Position numbers and translations under genes: made by a program. This document shows, one piece after another, positions 1 through 14,017 of a stretch of 64,000 nucleotides of DNA; within the stretch, counting starts at the first letter, position 1; every line of letters begins with the position of its first letter. The stretch lies in NCBI RefSeq assembly GCF_009914755.1, contig NC_060926.1. One strand, 5' to 3'. Origin of the DNA: the human T2T-CHM13v2.0 reference genome, Homo sapiens. Under the pieces are notes generated by a model that was not told the origin of the DNA, did no database searches, and worked only from the letters and a program-made list of their open reading frames with translations.

Positions 1-3000
1 GATTTTGAAGTTATCTTTCTTCCAGGGTGATGGGGGAGCATGAAAGTAAGAGGATCTTGGGAACTGCTGTGCCCATTAATTTTATGGCAAATCCACGTAT
101 CACCTGGAAAACCATCCATGGGATATTGAGTAGTGGACCAAGAGCTGTGGTCCGGATTCCATGCATACGTTTTGGGAAGAGGCTGACATGAAGCGTGCTA
201 TTAGCTTGTCGAGAGCCCTGCTGACTTCTGAATGTGGCTTAGCTCCTGCCACGTCCTTTGTTCTTCCAAGGTTAACTGCTGCAAAGGGATTGCAGTGGCC
301 AGTGGAGGGCTAGTGAAGGTTCAAGCACACTGACAATTAGGCTAAATCGGCAGTGGCAGGTTCTTGCATGGAAGTTGCATCACCTGCTGGAGTGACTGTC
401 CCTTGACCTCCTCCTGTCTACTGGGTCTTCCTCCACCTCACTTTAATGCTGCTATGCTGCTAATGTGAACTCTGAGGCTTTAACTGGGGAAGTCGCCACC
501 GCCCCCTCCATCACCCTTGTCCTACAGGTCAGGGCTGGAATGAGGAGCACTTGCAGTTGCCTAGTGGGTGGGATTTCAAGGAAACGGGATACCTTTCTTC
601 CCCACCCCTTCACCTTTTCCCAGAAATGGTCTCATCACTGTTTCCTTTTGGAATTCTGTCATTGGAATTTCCTGCTTTTGCAGCTCTTGCCAGCTTGCGT
701 TTCTTTTGAAATTCAGTACGCTTGGGAGCAGTGACGCGAAACTTCGCAGACGCTGACCTCGCTGACAGAGCCAGGCCGGGCAAGAAGAGGTCCGGGAGGA
801 TCTATCAGGAGTGTGGGGGCTGGTGGGGCCTGCCCTGTAGCGAGGCTTAGGGTATGGGCCCCTGGGGGGTGAGAGAGGACAAGGGATGAGAGTTGGGAGG
901 TAATTGGGGGGCGGTAAGAGGTGGAGGGTGAGGGGTGAGAGGGCCCCAAAAACACACCCCCTGGGCCACGGTTTCTCTTAGGCTGTGCTGCCCCAGGGTG
1001 GGAGTAGAGGAGATTCTGGACTTCAGAATGCCAGCCAGGCTCCCCTCCTATTTTTTTCGATCCCAGAGACAACAGAGTTCTTTTTTTCTGCATGTTTTTT
1101 GGGGGCTCCTCTTTTCTTGCTGCAATGCTGTCAGAATCATAAAGAGCTGACATCTATAATTAATGTCAGTGGCCTGCACTAGTGAATGCCCGTGGCACAC
1201 AGAACACCTGGCTGTGGAGAAGCAGCAGCAGGACCTAGCGTGTTGGCACTGGAAGGAAACGCAGAGGCCTTTCCCCTCATTTTACATGCAAGGAAACTGA
1301 GGCCCAGAGAGGGGGCCCCACAGCCAGCCAGTGGCAGTGGGCTCTGAGGGGCTCTGGACAGCAGCATCCCACCTGAGTGCGCTCTTGGCTAGGCAGGGTG
1401 ATGGGGCCCCAGTCTGGTGGACGCTCAGCAATAGGAAGGGGAGCGGTGGGGAATCCCTTCTCGTTCCCGGGTGCTGGTCTACCAGACTGGGGCTCCACTG
1501 GGGCCATGGTCCAATACCAGTCCTAGCAGTCATTGAAATATGGGGTTTCAGGCTCCTGATCCTTAAAAACCCTGTGTAAGTAGTCTCCAAGCTAAAAACA
1601 ATCTACACTAATAGATCTGCTCATCAAAAGATTATTTTGAGAGCATTCGGGTAATGTAAACAACCTTTCTGCTTTGTAGCACCCAGCAGTGAGTATCTGG
1701 AGACGTTGGAAATGGGGCTCACCCGATGAGGGCTGTGAGCATGAGCCTCGAGGGCGCTGCAGGGTTCATCTCATTTCTCTCTTCATTTATTGAGCACCTG
1801 CTGGATAACAGTGGTCGGCTGTTTTATGTCCGTTGCACATTATTGCATACCGTGTCTAATAAGCCTGCAGAAGTGGGTGCATTATCCTCACTGCAAATGT
1901 GGAAACTAAAGCTTGGTACTAGGAACTTGCATCAGGTTCCCTAGGTGGCAGTGGTGATGCAGAACACACACAGATCTGCAGACCTTAAAGCCTCACGCTC
2001 CTGACAACTGAGCCATGCTGTCCCCAGAGCCGACCTTGTATGCCATGACAGGGCCAGAGAGAGAGGACTGGTTACTTACTGCACACCCTGAGAGACAGGA
2101 ATGGGCACAGTTGTCACCTATGCCATAGGAAATGGAGTGCCACCTGCACAATGCAGTGAGTCACGGTTCTCCCTGTCCCTCCTGCGACCCCAGCTTCTGC
2201 CCTGGGCTGCTGGAGGGCACACTTAGGGGCACAAACACACCTGACAACAGGTTGTGGGTTTTGTTGGGGTGGAGCACCCTCAGACCCCTCTTGCCTCTTC
2301 CTTCCCCGGGCCCCCTCCGTTATCCATCAGGAATTCTACTCTTGGGACTTGGAAAGTGAGGAGAGGGAAGGACTAGCTCTGCCGATGTGACAGTCTCAGA
2401 GCAGGATGTCCCTCTAGTGTCCTGCATCCAGCACACGCACAGCACGTGTACTGGAGGCAGCTCTTCTGGTTCTGACTCTGTGGGTGCCTTTCACCTGCTG
2501 GTCCTCAGCAGAGCATGCAAAGGGATGAGGGAGGGTGATTCACTGTGGGAGAGTTAAGGATGGGAGCCTCTGGGATCGAGCTCCAGGTCTGCTGTTTGGT
2601 AAAGTGCTTTACTTAATTTGAGTATAAGTGTTTAGAGTGAGCAGCTGCTGAATTCCCCACAGTTCTTAGATTCAGGGTAGAGGAAATCAGAAGAGTCCGT
2701 ATCTGATTTCCATGATGGTGGAGTGGGTGCAGGCCCAGAGAGCAAGAGCAAGCCTGCACAGAGGTTCTGTGCCAATGGACACACTGACTGTCGGGGGCAC
2801 GCTGACCATGGGAGGGTGTTGGGGAGCACACAGACCCCCAGCGGGCTAGAGCTGACGGTTCCCACTGAGAGGGAGGCAGAATGTAGAGATGGCCATGTGG
2901 CAGGAGCTGAAAGGCCTGCCTGGCTCTGTGGTTTGTAGAGCAGAAGCCCAATGGCCGAGCGCTGGGCCAGGCTTTCGGGATGCTCCAGGGCTCAGGTTCA

Positions 3001-5076
3001 AGATGCTACATCTCTGCTTGGTGTCAGAGGGGATGCTGGTGGGATATGAGTGGGGGCTGCATGGCGAAGCCTGTCTCTAGTTGCATTCTGGCTCAGGGAA
3101 GGTGGGCTTGCTTCCTCCCTAAGGAGCAGTTTCTGATTGATGATGGATAGCAGCTATTTTTCTTTTTATCTTGTTGCCATGAGTGTTTATTGGGGTTAAA
3201 CCTGCATCTTTCCTTTACACATTAATGTAGGGAGATATTGGCTTTGAGAAATGAGTGTAGATCAGATTGACTGTTTAGTCTAACGTGTTCATAATTGGTG
3301 CAAGTTGTCTGCATTTTCTTAACCAAAAAAATCTACCCCAGGGGAAAAGTGGACTCTGGTTTTGCTGAGATACCAAAACATGGGTGTGAAGTAACTGGGA
3401 GAAGCTCTAGGAATCTTCTGGTCCTGCTCCACCACTGCCAGGTCATGAGCACTGCAGGAAGGCCCGAGGGTCACCAAGACGCCGGCCTGCCCTGCGGTGG
3501 GAGGACAGGGGAGGGGTGGTACTGCCCTGTGCCTCAGCTGACTGCAGGGCCTGGGAACACTGGCCAGGAGAACGGCGCACAGAGCCAATGCACGCACTCC
3601 ACCTCTCGCCTCCGTGGTGGGAGACGTCCGGGCACCCTTGTTTGCTTGGAGCACTTCACTTAAAGTGGGTCTGGCTGGTCATTTTCTTGCACTTACCAGC
3701 TTTATGGCTTTGTTTCATAGTTTAGTCCTCAGAACGGCCAAAGGAGAAAGCTGCAGAAGAGCTCACCAGGAGGTAGACCATGTCTGTGTCCTCCAGGGCT
3801 GGCAGGCAGGAGGAGGTGGAGGGGTAATGGTCCTCCTGTGAGGAGAGGAGCTATGGATGGGGAGTCTGATGGCCCCTGTAGACTCAGGTGACAGTGAGAA
3901 GGAGAAACTCAGTGTACCAATGGTGGCATTGGGGCTGGCTTGTTACTCTCCCTGGGTCCTACTCCCTCACGTGGAGGAAGGGGTGACTGCTTGGCATGGG
4001 TTGGCAAGGACTGTGTGAACTGTGTATGCAGACAGAAGGTAAGTCCAGGCTTGGCCAGGGCCAGAGTCATGGGCAGCAGCGGTGATGATGGCAGATGATC
4101 AATCCTGAAAGGTAATAAAAATGCCCAGGGTACAGCCCAGAAATGCCTGTGATAGTCCCAGAGGTGCCTGGAGCATGCCTCTGTTCGCTCCCTCCAGGCC
4201 CCAGCCTGGCAGTCTCCCGCTCTGGGTGCTTGGGCCATGGCCACAGCCTTCCCCCTACTTAAGGCCTCTGTTCCCACTCCCCACTTGTGGGCCTGCTGGA
4301 CACCTGCTCCCCTGCTCCTTCCTTGCCACCCCATTGCCAGCCTCTGCCAGGCCTCACCTCACTGCGTTGAAATTGAGTGTTTTGGTGGCCAGTATTGAGC
4401 TCACAGAGGGAGTGGAGCTTTGCTCCCCTGTGGAGGAGCACTCAGAAATGCTGGTGACCACAGAGACCCCTGGTGTTGTCCACAAAGGTCTCCAGAAGAG
4501 AGTAGGGGAGGGATGGGCCACCCAGGGCCGAGGTAAGATCCTGGTGAGCAGGATGGGGGCACACTTCAGCCCCTTCCTAAAAGCTGGGGCTGAGGGAGAG
4601 CGCTGCAGGGAGCTGTACTGTACTGTGATTCAGTGCACATGGGGACCTGGAAGCAGGGGACAGTAGCCCCCTTTTGTGGTCAGAAAATTTGAGAATTGGG
4701 GATGCTAAATCGCTGGCCTGAGCCACAGAGGTGCTACGTGCTGGATTTGGGATTTGAACTTGGCTCTCTGCCTGGCTCCTTGTGTTTGTTCTCTCTGCTC
4801 CCTGGGAGGATTTGCCAGTCTTGCTGCTGAGCCACTGGGGATGCTGGGGAGTGAGTATTCTATATGCATCAGCTGGTGAAGCGCTTATCAAATGACCCCC
4901 AGATTCCATCTCACTTGGGGAGGCCGTGTTTCCGCCTCCCTCCTGTCCCCACACCTCTGCCCGTGGGTGTTTTTCCAGGAGAGCTTGCCCTGGGTAGGAA
5001 AGCCGAGGGGAGGGTGGCATTGGGCTGCCTTCTCACTTGCTGTCACCTCCCTTGTCCTGCCCCCTGGCCTTCCCAG

Positions 5077-5117
5077 ATCCACCGTAATGAAAGACCTTGA
5101 ACGAACACATCCCTCAG
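5077..5117 (+). other. Candidate small exon (41 bp)
   Basis: ~45-nt pyrimidine-rich tract ending TTCCCAG| and donor CAG|GTACTC; motif evidence only. Confidence 0.2.
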
Positions 5118-5746
5118 GTACTCAGCCCAGGGTCTTACAGAGGGGCGGTCCCAGGGGAAGGGGGTTGGGGCCTGCAGTTTTCTCAAGTGTGGTGTGACCC
5201 TCAGGAATTTCTTTTTGGTGATCTTGTCATTTTGGTGGGTGTTCATTTCCTTGAGCATCTTCACTGTATTAGTAGCCATGAGTATTACTGAAAGGCATTT
5301 TTATTCTTAAAGCATTCAGGGACTGATAGCAACCAAAATTATCAGACAAGCTGCAGGAGATGAAATCAATGGAATTTGGCAATTGTGGGGCAGGACCTTA
5401 TTCCCAAAGGTGGCTGGTCTAGGGCGTGTGGACTGGGAGGCAGGCATGCAGAAGGGGACACACCCCTCCCATCACTCTCCTCTCGTCCAGCCTTGGAAGC
5501 CACTGGAGTCACATCTGCTGCAGGAAACCCTGTGTTTGAATTATGTGTGGAGCAGTCACAGGGTGGTTTTGGCTGGATGAAGGGCATAGAGTGGCATCTA
5601 GAAGTGCATGGGAGACCATTGCCAATGTCATGGGTTAGACCATGTTTTTGAGGCTTTAGTGATTTTTTTGAGACCCTTCCCAGTCTAGGCCAGGCAGATC
5701 ATCTTCTGTGCACACCTCTGCAGGTGAAGTCCCCGCATGGCTAAGC

Positions 5747-5842
5747 ACATGTGTGTGGAGTGTGTGTGCTTAAGGATGTGTGGCCTCGTGTCAGATGACA
5801 TGTGTGTGGGGTGTGTGTGTTTAAGGATGTGTGGCTTCATGT
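5747..5842. repeat. 51-bp tandem duplication (TG-rich, ~2 copies)
   Basis: ACATGTGTGTGGRGTGTGTGTGYTTAAGGATGTGTGGCYTCRTGT at 5747 and 5798. Confidence 0.88.
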
Positions 5843-8300
5843 AGGTTGATGCTCTTGAACGTGCTGACTTTAAAAAATCCACACTGGGCTCGTCTGCTTC
5901 CCTGATGACAGAGTTTGGGAAACTAATGAAAGACATTCTGGCCTTGTGCCATCAGAAGTGAAGTCAATGTGGGGAACAGCTGCCTCTGGGAGGACGTTGT
6001 CTGTGCGCTGTGCCGCGGGGCCTCTGCTCCATGGCCGGCCACACAGCCCTGTCCTGGAAGAGGCCCAGGCAGCTGTCACCCCTTAGCCCAGTCTGGAAAG
6101 AGCCCAGGGTCTGGAGTAGGGGTGACAGTGAGGCTTTCTATGGAAGCTGCTTTAAAGAAGGAACAAATTGAGCCTGGCACTGGCCTTCTGGTTTTGGAGA
6201 CTGAGTTGCCCTGCCCTGTGCTTGCAGATCCACTCAGTGTGAAGGGCAGGACAGCTTCCCCTTTCCACACCTCCTCATAACCTCCTGGGAAGCTGCTGAA
6301 ATACAGGTGTTCATGGTGGGGTTAAGCCAGCTTGTGAGTCATTAGCATGCCTTTCCACGGCCAACGCACAAAACTTTTGTCTTAATTAGACTTGAGGCAC
6401 AAACCGCTGATTCTCCAGTGCAGTGTGCCTGCTGTGCCGTGCGTTTTTGTTAGTGTGTCTGGACGTGGTATTCATATATTAACAGTGCATGCTGGGGCAC
6501 TTGGACTGCAGGGCAATCGCTTGCCTGGCGGTGGGAGCCCAGAGGCTGAGGTGGTGCGTCATGTTCTGGCCACGGTCAAGCCCCGGAGTGTGTCTGTGCT
6601 CTGTGGGGAGCCTAACCTGTCATCTGTGTCAGTCCTCTCTGAGTGTCCTATGGGGAAAAGTTCACTTGGGGCTCATGAAAGCTTGCTTTTGCATCTGTCC
6701 CTGAGCCTGGTCCAGTGTGAGCAAGCTGATGCCTTGTGGAACCTGGATCCAGACCTGGCAGGGTGTGAGTCTGTGTGTTAGAGAGCATCCTCCTTCCAGT
6801 CCTGGCCTTGTTGGCTTCACTGCCTCTGCGTGGCTCCAAGCCTGACCACTCCCTTCCTCCCATGCCCCCAGCGTGCCTCCTTCTACTGCATTCAGATTTT
6901 TGTCCACTCACCCGGTTTTCCTCTTTTCTGCCCTGGGTTCTGAGGGTCCATGGCCTGCAGGACAGTTTGCCTAGGATAAGCCAGGACACATCAGAGGCTG
7001 GTGGAAGCCTGATCTGCTGCTTAGAATCAATGGTGTTTCTGACATGGAGAGGTGGACATTCAGGTGCCTATCATTACATGGCAGTAGGAAGGTGCTTGGA
7101 CCCTGCAGGCCTGGTGCTTTGTACCTGTGGATTTTCCAAGTCACTTTATTCAAGGATTTCATTTCACTTTCAGTTCTTAAAGTAAGGGCCTGGCAAAGGG
7201 ATAGGCAGCATTCTGTTTCTCTGAGGGAGGTAATGCTCTGCCATCAGCAGATTTCCTTATGATGATGGAAAAGTGTGGTCAAGGGATGTGTTTGACCCTC
7301 CTGTAAGAAGAATGAAGGTGTGCTGCCCACGCAGTGGTCACTCCAGGGGGCCCTTGGTTGCAATTCAAAGGCAAGCAGGAACCTGGAGGCCCAGAGGGGC
7401 AAAGGGCATGGGGCTCAGGTCCTGTGGTCACTCAGCACATGCTCTCTCAGCTGCACCACAGTCCCGCACAAGGCCATCTATGCTTATCACCTGGGTGCAG
7501 AAGACCAAGTCACTAAAACCCCAGAGCCAGGGGTTTGCTCCAGGTGGGCCTGGACTTTCAGCTAAGGCCCCTTCTGGATTGGCACATGGTGAGGGGAGCT
7601 TCCACACCCATGATTCTAAATCCCAGGAGCTCTGAAGCAGGAATCTTTTCCCCCTGTTTGGCATAGCTCATCTGCTAGCAAAACCTGCTTTGAGCTACCA
7701 GGATTCCCAGTACCTTTGGGAGTGTTGGGTTTCCCTACAGAGATGTGGTGCAGAGTGGACGCTGCCCCATACCTCCCGGGAGGAGTGACATCTCACAGGG
7801 CCAGTAGCCATTCTACCTTTCCCAGATCCAAACTTCTCCAACTCTAAATTCGTTGACCGGTCTGTCCCCAGAGAAAGCAGTCAATGCTGTGAGTCTGCAT
7901 CTGAAAAGACAGTGAGCATTTGTGGACCCTGCCCAGGTGGTTCCGCCATCCTCCACAGACTGGCAGCACTGAAATGGGACGTGCAACTGTCCCTGTGCTC
8001 AGCTCTGCACTGCTCTTCCCTCTCAGCAACTTTCTGATTTGCATCCATGCTTGCTCTCCATGTTTCTGTGATCTCATCTGTGACATACAGATGACAGCCA
8101 TGGTATTGGCCTCATGGGGGGTTGTCCAGAGATAAAAAAGACCCAGTGATTATATGCCACAGAATTTTGCATCCAAAATTTGCATTTTAAATTTTTCCAA
8201 GGGACTTTTTTCTGCTCGGGTCTAGCGAATGGCCCCTTGGTCTCTCCTGTGTAGTGTTTTGTGGTCACAATAACCCTGGATTCCTGATGCCCTGGTGGAG

Positions 8301-8408
8301 AGGCGATACCAGTGTCTGCAGACCATAAGAAAGTACATCTTGACTCTGAACCACAGCTATAAATAAATTGACATGTTTATCTGTGGGCTTACAGTGACAT
8401 ATAAAATC
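8301..8408 (+). repeat. Dispersed ~110-bp direct repeat, copy A
   Basis: 8301-8391 aligns ungapped to 9868-9958 at 76/91 identities (manual count). Confidence 0.88.
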
Positions 8409-9867
8409 TTTTCTTGAGGTGCTTAGGTATCTCTAGGCTACCTGAGATACCTAAGAGAGATACCTCCCTTCTGAGAGCACCAGGTTGGGACACTACGCTC
8501 AGGTGACTTCCATGCACCCTGCAGAGCCACCCTCCCCCTTGACCCTGTTGGTGCTGGAGACTGCATCATCTGCACTATATACCCAGGCGCAGGTGGTTGG
8601 ATTTGTCCAATGGGAGGCGGGAGGGGAACTGTGAGATCAGGGTGTTCCCCTTCTGGGCCCTCCCTCGGATCCTATCAGAGGCCTCAGATCTCATCAGAGG
8701 CCCTCTGCACAGAGCTCTTCTCTGTGGCCTCTGCAGAGCTTTTTGGCCCTTCCCTTTCAGGCCTCAGATATTAAAGCTTCGCACTGTTGCCAGTTTTAGG
8801 GCGCTGCACTCTCCTGTGTGCAGTTTCCTAAACCCCACTCATAGTCCTATAGTTTTTCTTTTGCTAACTCCCCTTAGTGACCCAATTAAGTGTGCCACCT
8901 CTCTACATCCAGGACCTGCCTGTTCAAATAAGCAAGCCAGAGAAAGGTTCAAGTTCTTATTTGAAAGGCGAAGTGAGCCCTGGCATGGGCCATCCCATGG
9001 CCTTTTGGCTGACTGCCACCAGCAGGTTGAGCTGTCCCATTGTCACATCACTAGCCTTAATATAGTCTCATGCCCTGAAGTTGTCTTGTTTGCCCACAAG
9101 ACAAGGCTATCAGGAAAATGCTGTGAACCTTGGTTTCCAAGAAGAACTCAAACTTAGATGCGATGTGTTTGCAGCCATTCAGAATAGGTGCAAGGATCCA
9201 AATCCCTGGGCCTCAAGAACAAAGAAAGTTAAAAACCGAGAAGACTGTCATTAACTGTAATTGCTTTTGCATAACTCCTTTCAGAGTTATTGCAGGCATG
9301 GAGTCCGGGGAGTTGCCCATAGTTCTTAATGTATTAGGGAACAGGAACACTCAGAGGTATTCTCATCTAAAGACCAGTTCACAAAGGAGGCATTTGAATG
9401 TGGATATGCCAGCTTTAAAACCCGATAAAGCCAGAAAGTATGAGAGCCCACAGAGATGTCATTAAGGAAATTATTTCCTCCCAAAATAGAGGCACCCCAG
9501 GTGACCTCTCAAAACAGAATTTTTGTCATGTTGGTCTGGAGTCACCTCCATTTCCTTTCTGTTGAGAATTGTTCTGTTTCCTGACAGCACACTGGGATTT
9601 TTGCAAGGCAAGTCATTGTCACCCAAGGAGACTGACTTCTTTTCACTCAATTACGTTTTTTTCTCTTTGCCGGGAGCCTGGGAGATTGCTGGACCTGACC
9701 CCTGTCTTAGGAACATGGGTAAAAGTTGTCATGATGGAAGACACATGGCTGGGACAGCAGATGGCTAGAAAGCTACTACAGGAGGACTCAAATCACTTTC
9801 TTATTTAGTAGCTTCTGGAAATCTTTATGCCCATGTGGTAGAAAAACAGATGGGTGTTCCGTAAAGA

Positions 9868-9976
9868 AAGCGGCACCAGTGTCTGCAGAGCATAAGAGAT
9901 TGCATCTTGACTCCAACCCATAGCTATGAATAAATTGACAAATTTATTTGTGGGCTTATCAAGGACATAAAAAATC
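9868..9976 (+). repeat. Dispersed ~110-bp direct repeat, copy B
   Basis: Same alignment as copy A; offset 1567 bp. Confidence 0.88.
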
Positions 9977-10943
9977 ATTCTGGCTGGCAAATGAAAATGG
10001 CATTGTGTTGCTCACTAACATTCGTTTGTCAACTGTTCCTGGAATAGGTGCTAAATTATAACTGAGGAGCTGGCGTTATAAAGCTGAACTGGATTTTCCA
10101 AGCTGTCATATGAAAAGAAAATTATTAACTATCTCCTCCTCCATCCCCTGTCTCTCTCTCTCTGCAGAAAAAGCCCCTTTCTCTGCTGTCATATGACTTG
10201 GACTGCACGCTCTATGTGCACACGGTGTAATGAATGCCACATTATCACCCACTGGCTGGGGTGAGCCTTCTTGTTATTTATTTCCAACTGGAACAGGATT
10301 TCACATCCCATGCTCCCACACAAAGGTCTTAGAAACAACCATTTCAGACAGTTCCTTGCATCAGAGTTTTAGGGTACTCTTCTGCACACAAACTGTTGTT
10401 GGAACATGAGCTTGGATTTCTTGATGCTACATGTCACGGATTGGCAGGAAATGGTCTGGGTGGTGCTGCTCTTATACGCACTCTTGGTCAGACATTGTGT
10501 GTGGTGGAAATCTGTGTAAGGATCTTAGCAATTATGGGGACCATGGTGTAGCACTGGGATATCTTACTTTTCACTTAGATGTCTCTGCTTTTGGTTTTGA
10601 GACATCACGTGGAAAGCTATGTTGGTTTTCATCCTATTCCATGGCTCTCTGGTGTTGGCAGGCTGCACTTCATAGCATAGAAGATGAAACATGATATGAC
10701 TTCAGGAACGCATGCTGAGGGAAGATGTGTTGTCATGAAAATACACTTTTTTTTTTAAGCTGGAAACTGGGTGACAGTGAAATCTTAAAAACTGGGGAAA
10801 TCGGGAAATCAACTAACTTTCTCAGATCTTGGTTTCCTCATATTGTGTATCGCATTGCGGGTTTGAACCAGAGGATTGCTGAGGTTCCTTCCAGCTCTGC
10901 TTCTAGTTCTTAAATCCAAAGCCTATGGGGCTCTTGGAGTAGC

Positions 10944-11109
10944 TCAAGGCTTCTGATCTTTAAGTTGCAAACAGACCACTGGGGGGACCTTGTTAAAATG
11001 CAGATTCCGATTCTATAGGTACAGGGGGATGCCTGGAATTCAGGATTAACCAAGGAATCTCTCTTGTGATGCCAATGCTGCTGGTCCGTGGACCACACTT
11101 TGATTACCA
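10944..11109 (-). mobile_element. MER5A-like hAT-Charlie element
   Basis: CTTGTTAAAATGCAGATTCC and GATGCCAATGCTGCTGGTCCGTGGACCACACTTTGA. Confidence 0.75.
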
Positions 11110-12849
11110 CAGATATAGATGACCAAAGTTGCATGGTCCTGGATGAGCCAGATCCCTTCTTTGTCCGGGTGGCTTAGGTCTGGGTGGCTCTTTCATATCT
11201 TCAGACACATCACATCATTCCTTCTCTTTGTCAGTAAAGACAGACAAGGAAAATGAAGTGAGAACTTCTCTTTCTAGTAATATAACACATTGCCCCCAGG
11301 CACGTAATACATACTTATTAGAGTAAATGAGTGATAAGAGAAATTAGTGTGATCAGGGATGAATGTACCATAAATACTCAAAGTCCCTTCAACCTGCCAC
11401 ACACGAACACACACATATATGCATGCACCAGATTTCATTACCCGGAATCCTCATGTTCGTATTCTATAGCGCCCAACTTCTATTTTCCTCACTGTCTCCT
11501 ACACATATTATGCCTAGCTAGGCTATGTCCTCTGACTATCCTTTGGCCCGCCCAATGCCTATCATTTTCTAGATCAATGCAAGTCCTAAGTCTTCTTGAA
11601 GCCTCTGGATTCCTCCAACTCAGACGCCCTCCCTCCCTGTTGTATCCATGGTCTTTGGGAGCAAGGATGCAGACCCAGACCTGACTGCTGCACCTGCCCA
11701 GCTGCACTCAAGGGAGGTGCTGCTGTTACACCCATACCTTTCCTGGGCTCAGGACTGGGCTTCAGAGCCTTTACAACACAGCACTCTTGATGGCTTCTAA
11801 CAACTGCCTGAAACATCTTTTCCATCCCTGATTTAAGGCTTAAATATTATTTTTATTCTTCATGTATATATTCTCTTCCTGTTTTGCCAGATGGTAAATT
11901 CGTTGAGAATAGCTGCTTTTTACTGTTTTCCTGGGGTGCCCGGCAATATGCCGGGTACATAGTAGGTGCACATTAAATGATGAGCTGACTGCCTGGAGCA
12001 GCACTGAGTCATACATTCTCATGTGCTGGGGTAATGCTTAACACAACAAATAATCCCATAGCTTCCTTGACCCCAAAGGTGTCCAGAACCAGTCACTTAA
12101 CAGCTGAAATGGACCCTGATTTGGGGCACTTGTCTCATGAACGTGGGGAGAGTGAGAGGGCACCATCTCACATGATTCCTTTGAAAATGCTGTCAGGATA
12201 TTATGGAGAAATGCCAGAAAGCAACAACAGAAGGCTGTTGGGAGAAAAAGAAACAGAGTAATCTCTTTTTTTTTTTTTTTTTGCATTATGCTTGAAGGAG
12301 GTTGTTTGCTCTTCAGTGTTCTACATGCAGCTGCCTCTATTGCTTTTGGTTGGACCAGGCCCATCTGCCCAAACAGTGAGTGGGGATTATGCATCTCAGT
12401 TCCTGCAATCTCGCCTGGCTGCCGTGCAGGAGTCAGATGGTAGGGCCAGGAGGACCGGGCTCAGGGCCAGGGGCCTTCGGGCACGTGCTGCGGAGGAGCG
12501 CTTGTGAGATGCACATGCCATGTCTGCAGCCGGCGATGCCCTTGGAAGAAGCTCCTGCCACTGTCCCTGTGATCTGCTGAGCCCAGGCAGCTCCTCGTGG
12601 TGGGGAAATGTGTGGAGGAATTTTGGAAGACTGGATATTGTTCCAGTGGGGTGTGAGATCCTCTGGCCTTAAGTCGCTCCTCTTTGCTCCTCTTTGTCTC
12701 CCAAGCCAGGCTTATCCGCAGGTTTCAAAGTGGGGAACCTGAACTTGGTAAGGTCTCCAGTTTCAGGTGACTGTTGTGTCTCAGCTCTGTCAAGGAGCAG
12801 CTCCAAACTGAGCCATATTTCATGCCTTCTCAGTCTAAAGATAATATAC

Positions 12850-13147
12850 TTTTTTGTTTGTTTGTTTGAGATGGAGTCTCGCTCTGTTGCCAGGCTGGAG
12901 TGCAGTGGCACAATCTCGGCTCACCACAAGCCCTGCCTCTCAAGTTCACGCCATTCTTATGCCTCAGCCTCTCGAGTAGCTGGGACTACAGGCGCACGCC
13001 ACCACGCCCAGCTAATTTTTTGTATTTTTAGTAGAGATGAGGTTTCACCGTGTTAGCCAGGATGGTCTCGATCTCCTGACCTCGTGATCTGCCCGCCTCA
13101 GCCTCCCAAAGTGCTGGGATTACAGGCGTGAGCTACCGTGCCTGGCC
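12850..13147 (-). mobile_element. Alu, full length (AluSc/Y-like)
   Basis: T/GTTT tail, then GAGATGGAGTCTCGCTCTGTTGCCAGG through TTAGCCAGGATGGTCTCGATCTCCTGACCTCGTGATC to CCTGGCC. Confidence 0.95.
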
Positions 13148-13149
13148 CC

Positions 13150-13550
13150 AATATGTATTTTTAAATGTTTCTTTCTAATTAAAAGCATCATTTATGTTCT
13201 CTACAGAAAATTTGTAATGTATAAATGTATAAACATAATATTTTTAAATAGGAAATAAAAGTTGCCCTTTTCAGAATCCAGAGAGTCCCCTTGTTAGTGT
13301 ATTGGGGTTCCACATATGTGTTTGTTTTTCAAACATGGCTGGGATCATATAAACATGAAGTTTTGTATCCTGGTCTTTTCACTTAATGCTATGTTTAATT
13401 GGAATATTTTCACTACACTAAAATGTTCTCAAAATAGGATATTTCATAGCTGTGGAAGAAATCATTGCGCATATTTCCCATGATTTCTGTAACTGTTCAC
13501 CTATCCGACGTTTAGCTTGTTCCAGTTTTTCTCTACTTTAAATGACATCA
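13150..13550 (-). mobile_element. Diverged L1ME-like fragment
   Basis: AT-rich with TTTTCACTTAAT and TTTAGCTTGTTCCAGTTTTT motifs. Confidence 0.5.
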
Positions 13551-13627
13551 TCCCCTAGTTTCACATTGCATTCCCTGATTTCTATTTTGGGCATTTTTCT
13601 TTCCTCTTGCCAATTTTCTATCTATAG

Positions 13628-14017
<390 letters not shown>

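Noticed and set aside
1938-1952. CTCF-like motif TCCCTAGGTGGCAG
   Set aside because: Single imperfect match within MIR-like sequence; not supportable without ChIP data.
9285-9356. Possible 72-bp exon (TTTCAG| ... GAG|GTATTC)
   Set aside because: Weak donor and unrecognised translation.
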